Below are positions 50,217 to 61,420 of a stretch of 64,000 nucleotides of DNA, piece after piece (within the stretch, counting starts at the first letter, position 1; each line of letters opens with the position of its first letter). Position numbers and translations under genes: made by a program. The stretch is from Hyphochytrium catenoides (taxonomy: Eukaryota > Protista > Hyphochytriomycota), in NCBI GenBank assembly GCA_900088475.1, contig FLMG01002747.1, positions 1 through 64,000 on the forward strand, written 5' to 3'. The notes under the pieces were generated by a model. The model was not told where the DNA came from. It worked only from the letters and a program-made list of their open reading frames with translations, and made no database searches.

Positions 50217-51190
50217 ATGGCGGTGAAGACAGCCTCGACGGGTAAGAGTCTGCTAGAGTTCAGCTCCTTGCTCCTACAGATTGATCTCTAATGGACTTGT
50301 TTCCTTAGATTATGAATATATGAAGCTCGCGTGTGAGCAAGCTCGGCTTTCCGTGCCTGTAGAGACTGCGTAAGTGGAGATCTCTTTTCCTTCTTGCCTT
50401 AGTAGGTTCTTCTCTGCTGTCGCTTCCCTTAGAGTAACCCAATTACTACTACCGCAGCTATTGTGTGGGCTGCGTCATTGTCAGCGATGAGGGGAAAGTA
50501 GTCTCGACTGGATTCAGTAGAGAACTTGAGGGCAACACTCATGCGGAAGAATGTGCGTTGAAGAAGCTGGACGGCAAGGTATATGGATATTAATGGTCTC
50601 TTGTCTGCAGCCTTCTTGTCCAGCTCTCTGCCTAGATTGTCTCTCTCTCAGCCAAGGTATGCGTCTTAAAGATCTTGCCGACAGGCGGAAAGGACGACAG
50701 TCTACTCCACAATGGAACCCTGCAGTAAGCGACTTTCAGGGAATCGGCCTTGCGTAGAACATATCATAACGACAAAGGTAATATCTCAACCAGCGATAGA
50801 CGGGCGAGGGAGAATGAATATGGACAATAAAGCACGGACAGGAGAAAGAGAGAGAGAGAGAGAGCGAACATGGCTCTAAAAGCGTAAGAAGACAGTTAAG
50901 AGGGTATCAAGGGAGGGAGCGAGGAGAGAATAGGCGATCGAGCGCAGCAGAGGTTAGTATCCTCAGAACGAAGAGGAGAGCTCAGAAAAAACTGCTCTAT
51001 CCTCCAGGTCCGCAGAGTAGTCGTTGGCGCTCTGGAACCTGCAAACTTTGTGAAGTGCGAAGGGATACAGATCCTAAGAGATGCAGGAATAGAAGTGGAT
51101 CTCTTGCAGGGCCTTGAAGAGGAATGCCTCGCGCCCAACAATCATATACTGAAGCCAAAGGCGGAGATTATTGACTTGGAAGAGAAGTAG
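50217..51190 (+). CDS. Stand-alone Zn-dependent CMP/dCMP-type deaminase, Rib2-like (riboflavin-pathway DRAP deaminase), 5 exons
   Basis: Spliced: MAVKTAST|DYEYMKLACEQARLSVPVETA|YCVGCVIV..STGFSRELEGNTHAEECAL..|VYSTMEPCSKRLSGNRPCVEHI|VRRVVVGALEPANFV. HAE and PCx8C zinc motifs present. Missed by the ORF track because the exons are short. Confidence 0.88.
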
Positions 51191-51622
51191 GAGAGAGTGA
51201 AGCACACATAGATAAAACAAGAGGAAGAGAGAGAGGGAGACAGACAGACAGAAACAGAGAGAGAGAGAGGCAGAGAAAGGCTAATCCTTGCCGAGAAAGA
51301 GAGAAAAAGAGAGCAGCTGCGGATCACAGAGGAGACTCTACGACGACTTATCCAGCTAACAAGAAGTCCAGAAGTGGAAGTTAAGGGACACGAGATAACA
51401 GGGAAGCGACGGGTCGAAGAAACCACGCAAGCCGGCCCCAACCCTGACGGGCTCGTGACGGACAAAAATCTTCCTTGCAAACTTGAGGGTGTCGCATTTA
51501 TGGTAACAATAAGGAGCTGCAGGAGCGCCCGGAAGACGGCTACACCAATAAATAGTGGAAACGAGGGAAACAAGTAATGAAACAAGGGACAATTAGCACC
51601 ACCACACTTTGTCCCTGTAACC

Positions 51623-53759
51623 TTAGAGTTCTGGGATTGGCCGCAAAGAAACAGAGGATGGGCAAAGCTCCGCCAGCTCTGTGGCCACGATAGCAGGAGA
51701 AGGTAACTCCGATACATATAGGACGTTCCAAGGTGCATAGATCTTGACTCGAGTGTTACTCTGAAGGTTATTTTTCTCCGCCCAACTGCAATTACAGGCA
51801 GGAGAAATGGAAGGAAAAAGTAGCCGTGGTGAACACGAGAAAGATGAGTGCAGCGAACCAAGGCGAGAAAACTCAGAAGAACAAATAGAGGTTAGAATGG
51901 GCGAGGGTAGGTGCAGTTATAGGACCACAGCACTTTCAACCGCCTCATCACTGCTCAACCAAGGAACAAACAGCCATGGGGTGAATTCGGTAAGCATAAA
52001 GTTCTAACCTGTAGTCAAATAATACGGTGACGTAGGAACCTACACACTTGAGAGTCTTGTCTACGGAAGACGCAAAGTCTGTACTGTCTCCCTCCCTTGA
52101 TTCGGCCGTAATGGCTTCATCATTCGCATCATAGACGTCATGGAGGTAGCACCAGGCGGCATAATGGCGCGAAGAGTCCACACGACCCCTAATGATGGTA
52201 ATAGCCAACCATGGCCGTACCCGAGGGTTGTCCAGAGACGAACGATGGCTGGCCTGCACAGAGATTTATCGATGAGGTGAGTAGAATCGGGATGAAATGT
52301 ATGGACGGCAATGACAAGACTGGAAGGTAGCAAACAGGGATTAGTGTCAGACTCACCGTAGCAGAAGAGGAAAAGAGAGCGATATCTCTCTGCCTACTTC
52401 GACTTGAGCGCCCCAAAATAGCAAGGGGTCCTGAGAGAAATCTGGATGGACTGTTTCTCTTTCGTTTCTTGGGGCTCGGAGTGGTTTGCTGTCCAGTGCC
52501 ATTGATGCTTCTGGTTAAAATCGGCGAGTGACCAGCCGCGCGGCTGCGCAGAGCTCTTCCGCCTGATNNNNNNNNNNNNNNNNNNNNNNNNNNNNNNNNN
52601 NNNNNNNNNNNNNNNNNNNTTACCGGGACCGAATTCTCATCACTGAAGTCACAAATTTCGACAGCACTTCGTCTCTGATGGGAACATGACCAACATTGAG
52701 GGGCGTCAAAGAACAAGAGTCAGTTGAAGTCAATAATGGGCCAAAAGGAGAGCGGAACAGGATACAATGAGCATAGTAAGGGAACAACGATCCAAAGAAG
52801 TTCAAAATGGAGAAATGAAGATATAGGGACTTCCTATCGCACTAGCTGCTCTAATTTTCAGCGTACCCGATTGGACGTAGGTAGGGGAGTGATAGGAGCA
52901 GGAGACCGGGTCGCGGCGGGTCCAGTCGAGGAAGACGCTTTTGCCAGTAGCTCAGTGAACTTCAGCCTAAAGGATAACCGAATGCAAATGATCAGCCTAT
53001 CAAACTTCAAGCCATACATTCAGAAAGTCTTTTGGGAATGGCACGCTGGAAGAAACATTCACTATTGCTTTGTAATGGACAAGCGACGTAACAAAACAAT
53101 CAACGTTGTGGAGTGGAGCCGATAAAAGAATGAAAAGATAGAGGGCGGTGATGCGAGCCAGCGTGAAAGCCTAAACAGGGCGATAACATAAGACCATGGT
53201 CGCACCTAGGCTGCGAAGCACTAAGTCGTCTAAGGTCGACAGATCTAGCTTTAGTGTAACTCCCTGCGCCTTTCCCTTTAGAGCACCCAATGCCTGAGGA
53301 AGTCTTTGCTGCGAGACGGGAAGAACTTCTCACCAAACCACTGCCCGTCCGCAGCCAGTGAGCCGGACGGTCATTGATAAGCTCAAGAGATCCTGCGAGG
53401 GTGGCTCTTCTTCTGTGTTGGCTTCCCCGTCCTTTTTCCTCCTGAGATGCCCGATAGTAGGCTTGGCTACCCTCCGACTGGGAGGCGGAGCTTATTCCGG
53501 AGTAAGAATGTCTCTTGGGTATNNNNNNNNNNNNNNNNNNNNNNNNNNNNNNNNNNNNNNNNNNNNNNNNNNNNNNNNNNTTGACATCGAAAAGGTACTG
53601 ACTTTCCGCGGCGTTGATGTCACCTCTTTGGCCAAGGGTGCTTCCTACGCCAGAGCTAGCAGTCTCATCTGCTTGGTTCTGAGAGAGAGAAAGATGAAGG
53701 CTATAGTTATCATCCTCTTGTTCAGCATCTTCATCCTCTTTCGGTTCAGGTCCTGCCAT
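51623..53759 (-). CDS. SPIDR-like (DUF4502 / OB-fold) protein, multi-exon, spans two assembly gaps
   Basis: Disordered N-terminus, then RFLSGPLAILGRSSRSRQRDIALF|..LAITIIRGRVDSSRHYAAWC..GSYVTVLFDY|SWAEKNNLQSNTRVKIYAPWNVLYVSELPSPAIV. Motif order resembles SPIDR as recalled (GGLAERL..., VKILE..., VLF...VRIFPPW...PVIL). Confidence 0.55.
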
Positions 53760-55708
53760 ATGGGAGAGATAAGGGAGGTCTATTACGAAGTCGAACGGCA
53801 CTAACATAAGTGACAGGACTGGAAGAGTAAGATTGGTAGTAAATGCCCTTCTGGGTCCAAGCGCAGCTACCTAATTTTTTGTCACATACCAAGTTGCATT
53901 ATAGATCGCCGCTTCAAGGCACGGCGGCTCTTTCTGACGCCAAATGACGACCGCTTTGTAGCCCTCCCATTTGTAGACTGCTGTTGCACAGATTCGCTGT
54001 CGTGAATTGACTCTTCCGCATCGTGAGACTCCTAAAGCCAGAAGTTGTTAGGACTTGAGATAGCACTAGCATGGATATGGAATTGTATTTACCGTGTAAG
54101 AGTATGTCTCCTCCAGGTACCCCACGGAGCCCTGAGGCATCTCCTCGCGGTCATGATCATAGAAGATTTGTTCATCTAGGTCACAAGCGCCACGATAAGG
54201 GTCTCATAGTAAACTGGAGCAGCCAGGAAAGGTTCACACATACCCTCAGATTCATAGTCCTCTCGGTTGGACTGCAGGGAGTTCATGAGGACTAATGACT
54301 TATTTGCGTTGCATGCGGGCGGTCGACGGTTTGGGGTGGACTAATCAGTGTTGTGGTATACCAAACGCTTCTGCAGAAACTATTTCAGCAGGCTTTCTAT
54401 GAAGCACGCGAAGGCTTCCCTTACCAAAAAAGAAGCAGGATGCCATGTTCTGTCGTTTGCAGAGCCTTTTTCAATAGGCTTCAATTTTCTCGCACTTCAG
54501 GATGACTGGAATGCGAGCATCGTCATACGTGGTCACAACACGCACTCTATCAGAAGAGCAAGCCGCACCAGCCATAATAAGAGAGGCAGCTACTGCCGAC
54601 GCATAATCTCCACTTCTTTTCGTTTTTCCTCCATATCCAGCCCAGAAGCTGATTTCTGAAGCTCCGCTGGCCGATAATCTGCAGAGAGAAGACGCTGTTG
54701 CCGCAATTTCCATCACAGACACGACCAAATTGACTCTATTCTCTGTGTAAATGCTTCAGACAGGACCGTAAACGCTTTCAAGGTCGGAAATTCGGCCTCT
54801 GCAAAAAATCGCCATTATTGAAGCTCTTTTTCCCGCCAAATTGTGGTAGCTGAGATACACGCTTTCTTAAGTGCGTCGTACACGTTATGTGAAGTATGTG
54901 TTGCAGTACAACGGGAAACAGTTCACTTCATCCGTTTCGTCTCGGGACATCAGCCATCACCACGGCACGTCTTCACCTACTCCTTCATCATCATCTTCTG
55001 TCATAATAGTGGAGGTTGCCACCGGCCTCCAGCAGATCCGGGCCATTGGAAAGAGGAGGCGCTGTGCAGATGCTTTGTCACCACCACATCAGCCTTCTTG
55101 TCGCTGCTCATCGAGTTGTTGTCTGTGGTCTTGGTTGTTGCCAACAAGTAGTAGTGTGTCCTCCCAGAGCAACAGGGTAGAGAAGAATCATACTTCTTTC
55201 CTCCACTTCTTCTGCTCAAGCCTCTTCTTCTGCTCAAGCCTCACCAATACCCGCATACTCCTCCCTCATCCTGCAATCATTTGTTACTGCGGCTTTTGTC
55301 GCCTGGTCCTCCACGGGCCCTCGCCGGACGTGTGGTCTCCTCACGCTCCCGATGCCTGCGTCAACCGACTTGTTCTATCATTCGTGATTACCGTTCCTGT
55401 TTGTTACTAGTAGTGCATCCAACAGCAATGCGCCCTGCTTCCAGACTTTAACCTCGGACAGAGGTGGCACAACGTGGCCGACCAAATGCTGTAGCTGAAG
55501 GCTAGGCATTGGCTCGTATGCATGAGGTTGCAAAAGTATAGTCTATATTAGGCCGACCACTATGTTGGAAGGAGTTCAGTGAAAGCATGGAACATCATTG
55601 GAACGTGCGAATAAAGGCGGATGATAGTATTCCGTCCTAGTATCAACAGAAGAGCTACGTGGTGACGACAAATGGTTCTCCTCTCTTGAGCGGCAGCAAC
55701 AATCACAG

Positions 55709-57040
55709 ATGTCCCAAGATAGTGAGGACCAACCCCTTCCCTGCAACGGGTCAAGTCATCCCAGGATGAAACCTTCAGCGACAGAGGAGCAGCCCTTAGG
55801 CTTCAGTCAGTTCTCAGCATTACGTTCAGGTCAGGTGGTCAGGAATAATAAGGGATCAAGTGAATCAACGCCCAGAACGAAGGCACGATTTTGGAGGTTG
55901 TCATTCCTCGGCAGTGCTTTCAAGTCTATATCGTTTTGGGCCTCATTGCTCAATCTTTTAGGCTCGGTGGGATATATTGCAGCAGATTTTGCTCGAGGAT
56001 ATATTGGAGAGCATGCCGCCTTCTCTGGTGCACTTTATATAGTCCTCGGCTTTAGCTTCCTCTTTGATGCAGTTCTTTACTTGCTCAGCTGGTACCCAGC
56101 ATGGCCAGAAAGACTTTATCCGGACTTTGCAGCAGAGGCTATCAACATTCTAGGCAGCTGCATATATGCATCGACGTCTATCATGTACCTTAAAGAGTAC
56201 AATCCTAACGAGAAGTTCGTGCTTATCGACGCAGTCATAATCTTGGAGTACATCGCAGCCGTTCTTTTTCTGTTTGATTCTCTTCTCTATGGCGTGCCCT
56301 GGTTCAGAGAGGCATGGCAACCATTCGTCGAACAGAGAAAGCTCGTGATAGAAAGGAAGAAGGAGAACAAGGAACGGGAGGAAGTGCCACTGCCTACTGC
56401 CACTTCCAGCAGTAGTCAAATAGAGAAGAGCGGCAGCAATAGAGGCATGCATCAACAACGTGCCATCACTGCTGCCCCGCAGAAAAAAGACATGGAGACT
56501 TGTATGGGTGGTGGGCATACGAGCAATGGACTAGTTGCTATTATTATGGCCTCAATTTGCAGCATAGGATTCTGGGAGAATGCACTGAACGTGCTCCCGT
56601 CACTTCTCTACGTCACCGGCGGCACTCTGGGTGTGTTCGTGCAGTTTTTTGAGGAGAAGGAGCTAGGTAAGTTTGTCGTCAACCAGAACATCTCTTGCCC
56701 TCAGGCCGCCAACTTGGAGCATTTTACCGCTTTTCTACGGAGCCAGAAGATCTACTATAAGGACGTCCGAGTGCCAGAAAGGTCACTATTTTGCAGGGGA
56801 GGAGAACTGCATATTGACTTGTTGAGATTAGATCATAAGGATATGAAGACCCTAGGGATCACCAACCCCAAGGTTGGGTTTGCGAGAGCCCTTCGTCTGG
56901 CTTCTCAGGTCTATGTGGTTGGTGACGTGCTGTGGTTCCTGGACGCGTTGATCTCCATGTTCTGCTGGTTCCGGAGCGTACGCAACTTATTTAAGGATAA
57001 GAAGGTCAAAGAAGGAAGCATAGCTAGTGAGGAAGCATGA
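55709..57040 (+). CDS. Intronless 6-TM membrane protein with threefold hairpin repeat (YrhK-like) and a SAM-like loop; paralog 1
   Basis: 443-aa ORF. Repeats LLNLLGSVGY..FLFDAVLYLLSW, INILGSCIY..FLFDSLLYGVPW, LNVLPSLLY..WFLDALISMFCW. Confidence 0.85.
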   Translation: MSQDSEDQPLPCNGSSHPRMKPSATEEQPLGFSQFSALRSGQVVRNNKGSSESTPRTKARFWRLSFLGSAFKSISFWASLLNLLGSVGYIAADFARGYIGEHAAFSGALYIVLGFSFLFDAVLYLLSWYPAWPERLYPDFAAEAINILGSCIYASTSIMYLKEYNPNEKFVLIDAVIILEYIAAVLFLFDSLLYGVPWFREAWQPFVEQRKLVIERKKENKEREEVPLPTATSSSSQIEKSGSNRGMHQQRAITAAPQKKDMETCMGGGHTSNGLVAIIMASICSIGFWENALNVLPSLLYVTGGTLGVFVQFFEEKELGKFVVNQNISCPQAANLEHFTAFLRSQKIYYKDVRVPERSLFCRGGELHIDLLRLDHKDMKTLGITNPKVGFARALRLASQVYVVGDVLWFLDALISMFCWFRSVRNLFKDKKVKEGSIASEEA

Positions 57041-58895
57041 TGGAGCCTACAATGCTCTATTAGCTTGGTAGAAGAGGTGTGATAGCCGCAAAGTAAAAGA
57101 AGGAAGGTGGCCTCGCAATCGTTCTTTGGATGCGACAATAACGAAAGACGCCTGTCCATCCCTGACTTCTTGTCGTGGTAGAGTGCCTGTACTTAGAGAT
57201 GGCTAGTTATGAGACTGTTATATTGTCCTATTTGTGGTGCCTCTCTTGATAGTGTACTGACTTCTATTGTTCCTGCTACTACGCTACTAGGGTGAGCCTC
57301 CAACGCTACTCTTCATTCGCTGAGTTCTCTCTGTTCCCACTCTTCTACCATCTTCCTTTCTAGCGCTGCGGGGCGCGAGAATACTCCTGCCTATAAAGCC
57401 CTGGCCAGAAGAGTGAGAGCAAAAGTGACTGGAGCTTCTCCTCATCATGATCAGCGCCGCCACTGAAGGAGAAGCGAGACAGTAGTAGAGAAATGAAGGT
57501 AAAAGAGATTGGGAAGCTAATAAATCAAGTCTTTAGTATCGCTGAGCACAATGATGATGTCCAGGAAGGTCAACCGATCAGCCCTGACCTGCTGCCATCA
57601 CTGCCCCTCTTCCTTCAAAAACTAAACTAGGATTCTTCTTCCTTCTCCAACATTAATAGTGAGGCAGGAGGAGGAGGAGAACGCGTTGAAGAGTCAACCA
57701 GAGCTTTGTAGCTTCTCGTCTCCTCTTCACCTTTCTTCGTCTTCTCCTTCTTCTTCTTCTCTTCCCGCCTCTTTCTTCTTCTTCTTCATCCACTTCTTCT
57801 TAGTAGTAGTAGAGCTAGCAAGGCCAGCTGTAAGGCCTTAGTAGTTTTCCTAGTAATAAAAGAATGGAGAAGGAATCGATATTCTCTCGTCCGTTACAGG
57901 CCGGGCTGATGCCTGGACCGTTAGCGGCTCTCCACAGGAATGTAGGGATGGATCTCCTTGGAAACTTCAAGTGACCCATCGCCTGGCACCTTCTTCCCAC
58001 GCTGTCGCTCCACTAGCAGCAGGGAAGGAAGGACCCGACTGGAAACAGTCACCGACAGATGAGAGAGAGACAGAGCGAAGAGAGAGAGAGTGAGAGAGTG
58101 GACGAGAAGAGAAAGAGAGGAACAGAGAGTGTGAGAGAGAGAGGAAGAGAAAGTGTGAGAGAGAGAGGAACAGAGAAAGACAGGGGAAGAGAGGAAGGGA
58201 GAGAGAGAGGAGACAGAGCCAGAGAGAAGACACATGAGAGAACACAGAGCAACAAAGAGAGAGAGAAAGGGCTGAGTGGTGCACAGACACAGCAGCGGTT
58301 GGCAGGCAGGTTAACCAACAGTCTCATAGAGAGGTACAAGAGAAAGGCTGATCCTTCTTAGAAAAAGTCCGTCAATTTCCAGTGGTCGTAGAGGCTAATA
58401 ACTAAGAAAAGGAGCAGAACATGATTCCGTTGACACCTCAGCACACCGCCTGCTGGATCTCAGGCAGCTAATCGCCTTCTCCTCAACCATGAGAATGGCT
58501 CTTGAAGAGGGAGGTAACTGATTATAATGATGGACTGTGGTGCATCTCGGCAGTAAAGAAGTAGTAGCGAGCCCAGCCACCCACACAAGCAGAAAGTGAG
58601 GCCACCATAGGATGGTGAGGACGCTTTGATAGAGATGATAACGTTGTTTTGTCTAGATGTCTCTTACTTCTCTTTGTTCCCGCTTTCTCCTCCAGTATGA
58701 AAAGTTACCAGGCCCTTTTTGCTAGTCCTGCGCCGCCGTTGTGCAGAAGTAGTAGAAGTTAGAGCACAGGGTCGCACGCTGATGAGAAACACTGACAGCG
58801 TCATGTCCAGACAGAATTGAGCATTAGTTGTCCTGCTCCTCATCACGCGACGGTCGTTATCACCCTGTCATAATGGACAAACGCCGAGATCTACA

Positions 58896-60239
58896 ATGCG
58901 GGTAGGCCATCGCCGGAAGACCGAGGCCGAGGTCTGCTGGTCCTTCCAGAAGCTTGGGACCTTGGCCTTCTGGAACTCGCTTCTCAATGTTCTGGGTTCA
59001 GCAGGTTATGTGGCCCAGTGGGCGGCCATATTTATGGTCAATGAAGAGGAAGTCTTCGGCTATTCCCAAAGATTCATTACGCTGGTGCTGGCTTTCATTG
59101 TCTTGGTTGACTCACTTCTATCTCTCTCCCTCTCACTCCGGGGCCCAGCTGGCCCACAGCCTTTCTTCCCTGACCTTGCTGCCGCGCTTCTAAACGTCGT
59201 CGGGAGTATTATCTATGGCGTAACGGCGGTTATGACAGACGAGGGATATATTCTTCTACTAGAGTACATCGCTGCGCTTATCTTTCTGATAGACTCAGTC
59301 CTATACTGCATGCCTTGGTATGAGGACGCTGGAAAGAAGATAGACAGTGGAGAGAAGAAAAGAAGGAGCTCTTCCTCTCCTCTCAGTATCCGACGTCATC
59401 ATGGTGATATTCACAAGACTGGCAAGAGAAAGAAAGAGCAAGCATGGGAATGGAAGACTCTGTTGTCTTCCTTAACCTCCTTTCCCTTTCTTCGAATCCT
59501 GGCGTCTGAAGCATTGTCTCTTGAGTTCTGGGAGCATGCGCTAAATATTCTTCCTTCCTTACTCTACGTTTTAGCGGGCACGTTGGGACTTTGGCTCTTC
59601 GTGCTTCAAAGAGGTCAGGATTTTTATCTCTGGTATCTTCTAAATTATCGATGCACCTCGCGAGGGAGGCCTAGAAACCGGCTTTCTCTCTCTGCCCTCG
59701 TCCAAGGAGCTGGAGAAGGGAGAGAGAAGGGGTCTCGCCGTCAACGTTGCTTCTTCTCCAGAGGAGAGAAGACGGTCACCAACGTCATACTTTACGCAGA
59801 GACACTTCAAGCACTGAATCTATGGGTCTACGTCCTGGCAGATACACTCTGGCTTTTAGATGCTTTTCTTATAATGCAGTCGAGTATCCAAAGTGCAAGA
59901 GAGGAAGAGAGAGAAGTAGGTAAGAGGCGAGGGCAAGTCGAGAGGAAGAAAGAACCAACGGATGGCAGTCTGAAGGCAGATACTCTACATCTCTTTCCGA
60001 TAGCGCTTGACAGCCAACAGAGGGATGGGAAAGAAGATTTTCGCCTCTCTCTCTCTCTCTTCCATCATGAAGAAGACAATACCGTGGCGGCTAGAACTCG
60101 AAAGAGACCAGTGCAGCAAGCACCTGAGCTCTCTCGCTCTTCTTGGCCAAGATATGAGACCGTTGGGGCCCCTTCCCTCCCTATCCCTTATCAACCCCAG
60201 GGCACTCTGGCTTTATCACCTCCTTCTCTATTCACCTGA
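58896..60239 (+). CDS. Intronless 6-TM membrane protein, paralog 2
   Basis: 447-aa ORF colinear with paralog 1: FWNSLLNVLGSAGY, PDLAAALLNVVGSIIY, LEYIAALIFLIDSVLYCMPW, FWEHALNILPSLLY, YVLADTLWLLDAF. Confidence 0.85.
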   Translation: MRVGHRRKTEAEVCWSFQKLGTLAFWNSLLNVLGSAGYVAQWAAIFMVNEEEVFGYSQRFITLVLAFIVLVDSLLSLSLSLRGPAGPQPFFPDLAAALLNVVGSIIYGVTAVMTDEGYILLLEYIAALIFLIDSVLYCMPWYEDAGKKIDSGEKKRRSSSSPLSIRRHHGDIHKTGKRKKEQAWEWKTLLSSLTSFPFLRILASEALSLEFWEHALNILPSLLYVLAGTLGLWLFVLQRGQDFYLWYLLNYRCTSRGRPRNRLSLSALVQGAGEGREKGSRRQRCFFSRGEKTVTNVILYAETLQALNLWVYVLADTLWLLDAFLIMQSSIQSAREEEREVGKRRGQVERKKEPTDGSLKADTLHLFPIALDSQQRDGKEDFRLSLSLFHHEEDNTVAARTRKRPVQQAPELSRSSWPRYETVGAPSLPIPYQPQGTLALSPPSLFT

Positions 60240-60661
60240 ACGCTTACTGACTGGGAGGGCGCCTTCCCCTTAACGATCATGGACGTAGGATAGGTCGAAT
60301 GCAAAATTTTCTTCCTTGACCTCCGAGCTACGTATGGCCTACCAAGCGTCGAACACGGGAAAGAACGCATGCAAGGACGGCTCTCCCTCTGTCGCATCGC
60401 TTCCTCTCTTTCTATCCTCTTGCTTCTTTGTTTATTATTGAATCTCTGTTTCTCTTTAACGAGGGCCCAGCTAAGTTCCTAGCAATCAGCTGTCCGAAGC
60501 TTAGTAAATCCTGTCTTCCCTGCTATAAAATATATAAACCTCGTGTATCTTGGTCTTCTCGCTGTACCTCTCTCTCTCCGATCGTTTAGTTCGTTTTCCC
60601 TTACTCTGTTTGACGCTATTGTCTCTTCTTGCCAAGTCTCGCTCTTGTCTATTCTTGCCAA

Positions 60662-60813
60662 GTCTCTCTCTTCTCTCTCAGTCTCTCTCTTCTGTCTCGG
60701 TCTCTCTCTTCTCTCTCAGTCTCTCTCTTCTCTCTCGATCTCTCTCTTCTCTCTCAGTCTCTCTCTTCTCTCTCGGTCTCTCTCTTCTCTCTCAGTCTCT
60801 CTCTTCTCTCTCG
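60662..60813. repeat. Minisatellite: 8 x 19 bp, organised as 4 x 38 bp
   Basis: Unit gtctctctcttctctctc(a/g); the terminal base alternates strictly A,G,A,G across the eight copies. Confidence 0.9.
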
Positions 60814-61420
60814 GTCTCTTGTATGATATCTGCTTTGCTGCGCTTCCGCGTCTCTCTTTCCTCTTCTCACTCCCTGCTTTCTATCCCCTAATCTCTCTCT
60901 GTCTTCATCTGCTCTCTTCTCTCCCCTCTCAGGTGGGGAAGGTACGGCAGCTCTAAACCAGGGAAAGGCACGCCATCTGATTCTCCAGCATCCGTTACTG
61001 AAGTGACCGCTAACGTGCGGCTCCTCGCTTCTCAAGGCTCCGCCTCAAGCTTCGTCTACTATCAATCTCTCCTCTCTTCTCCTACTTCTTTTAGCCCCTC
61101 TTAGCTCTTCTATTTGGCTCACTGTCTCTCTCTCTCTTTTCTCTCTCCGTCGCCTCTCTCTGTCCTCTTCCTAGTCTGTCCTCTCTCTCCCTCCTTATGT
61201 CTGCCTGCCTCTCTCTCTCTCCTCACTCTCTCTCCACTCTGTCTCTCTCCTTCTCTCACTCTCTCGGCCCCACATATCTCTTTACTCCTTCTTCTAGGGA
61301 GTGCCACCTTCACTCCTCGGTCCTCCGTTTCCTCTCTTGTCTTTGGCTTCAAATATTGATATTCCCGCATTCCCTTCTTCCCCGCGATATTAGGGACCGC
61401 ATGATCTCTTCGAGTTGCTG

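Noticed and set aside
31714-51190. PGM2, GATase, Nudix and deaminase as a nucleotide/riboflavin metabolic cluster
   Set aside because: Mixed orientations, interruption by NEMF and EAPP and no coherent pathway; ordinary gene neighbourhood is sufficient.
16177-53580. N runs at 16177-16277, 19964-19969, 25199-25279, 42086-42149, 52568-52619 and 53523-53580
   Set aside because: Assembly gaps rather than biological features; ORFs running through them are unreliable.
54060-55420. Decayed minus-strand frame with TQRIESIWSCL, reminiscent of ISXO2/Merlin or MULE transposases
   Set aside because: Only a single short motif, with no catalytic triad, TIRs or TSD identified.
60662-60813. Regular repeat array as a CRISPR-like locus
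   Set aside because: No unique spacers, low complexity, eukaryotic context and no cas genes.
60932-60941. Possible 9-nt microexon (cag|GTGGGGAAG|gtacgg)
   Set aside because: No upstream exon or transcript evidence, and such matches arise easily after CT tracts.
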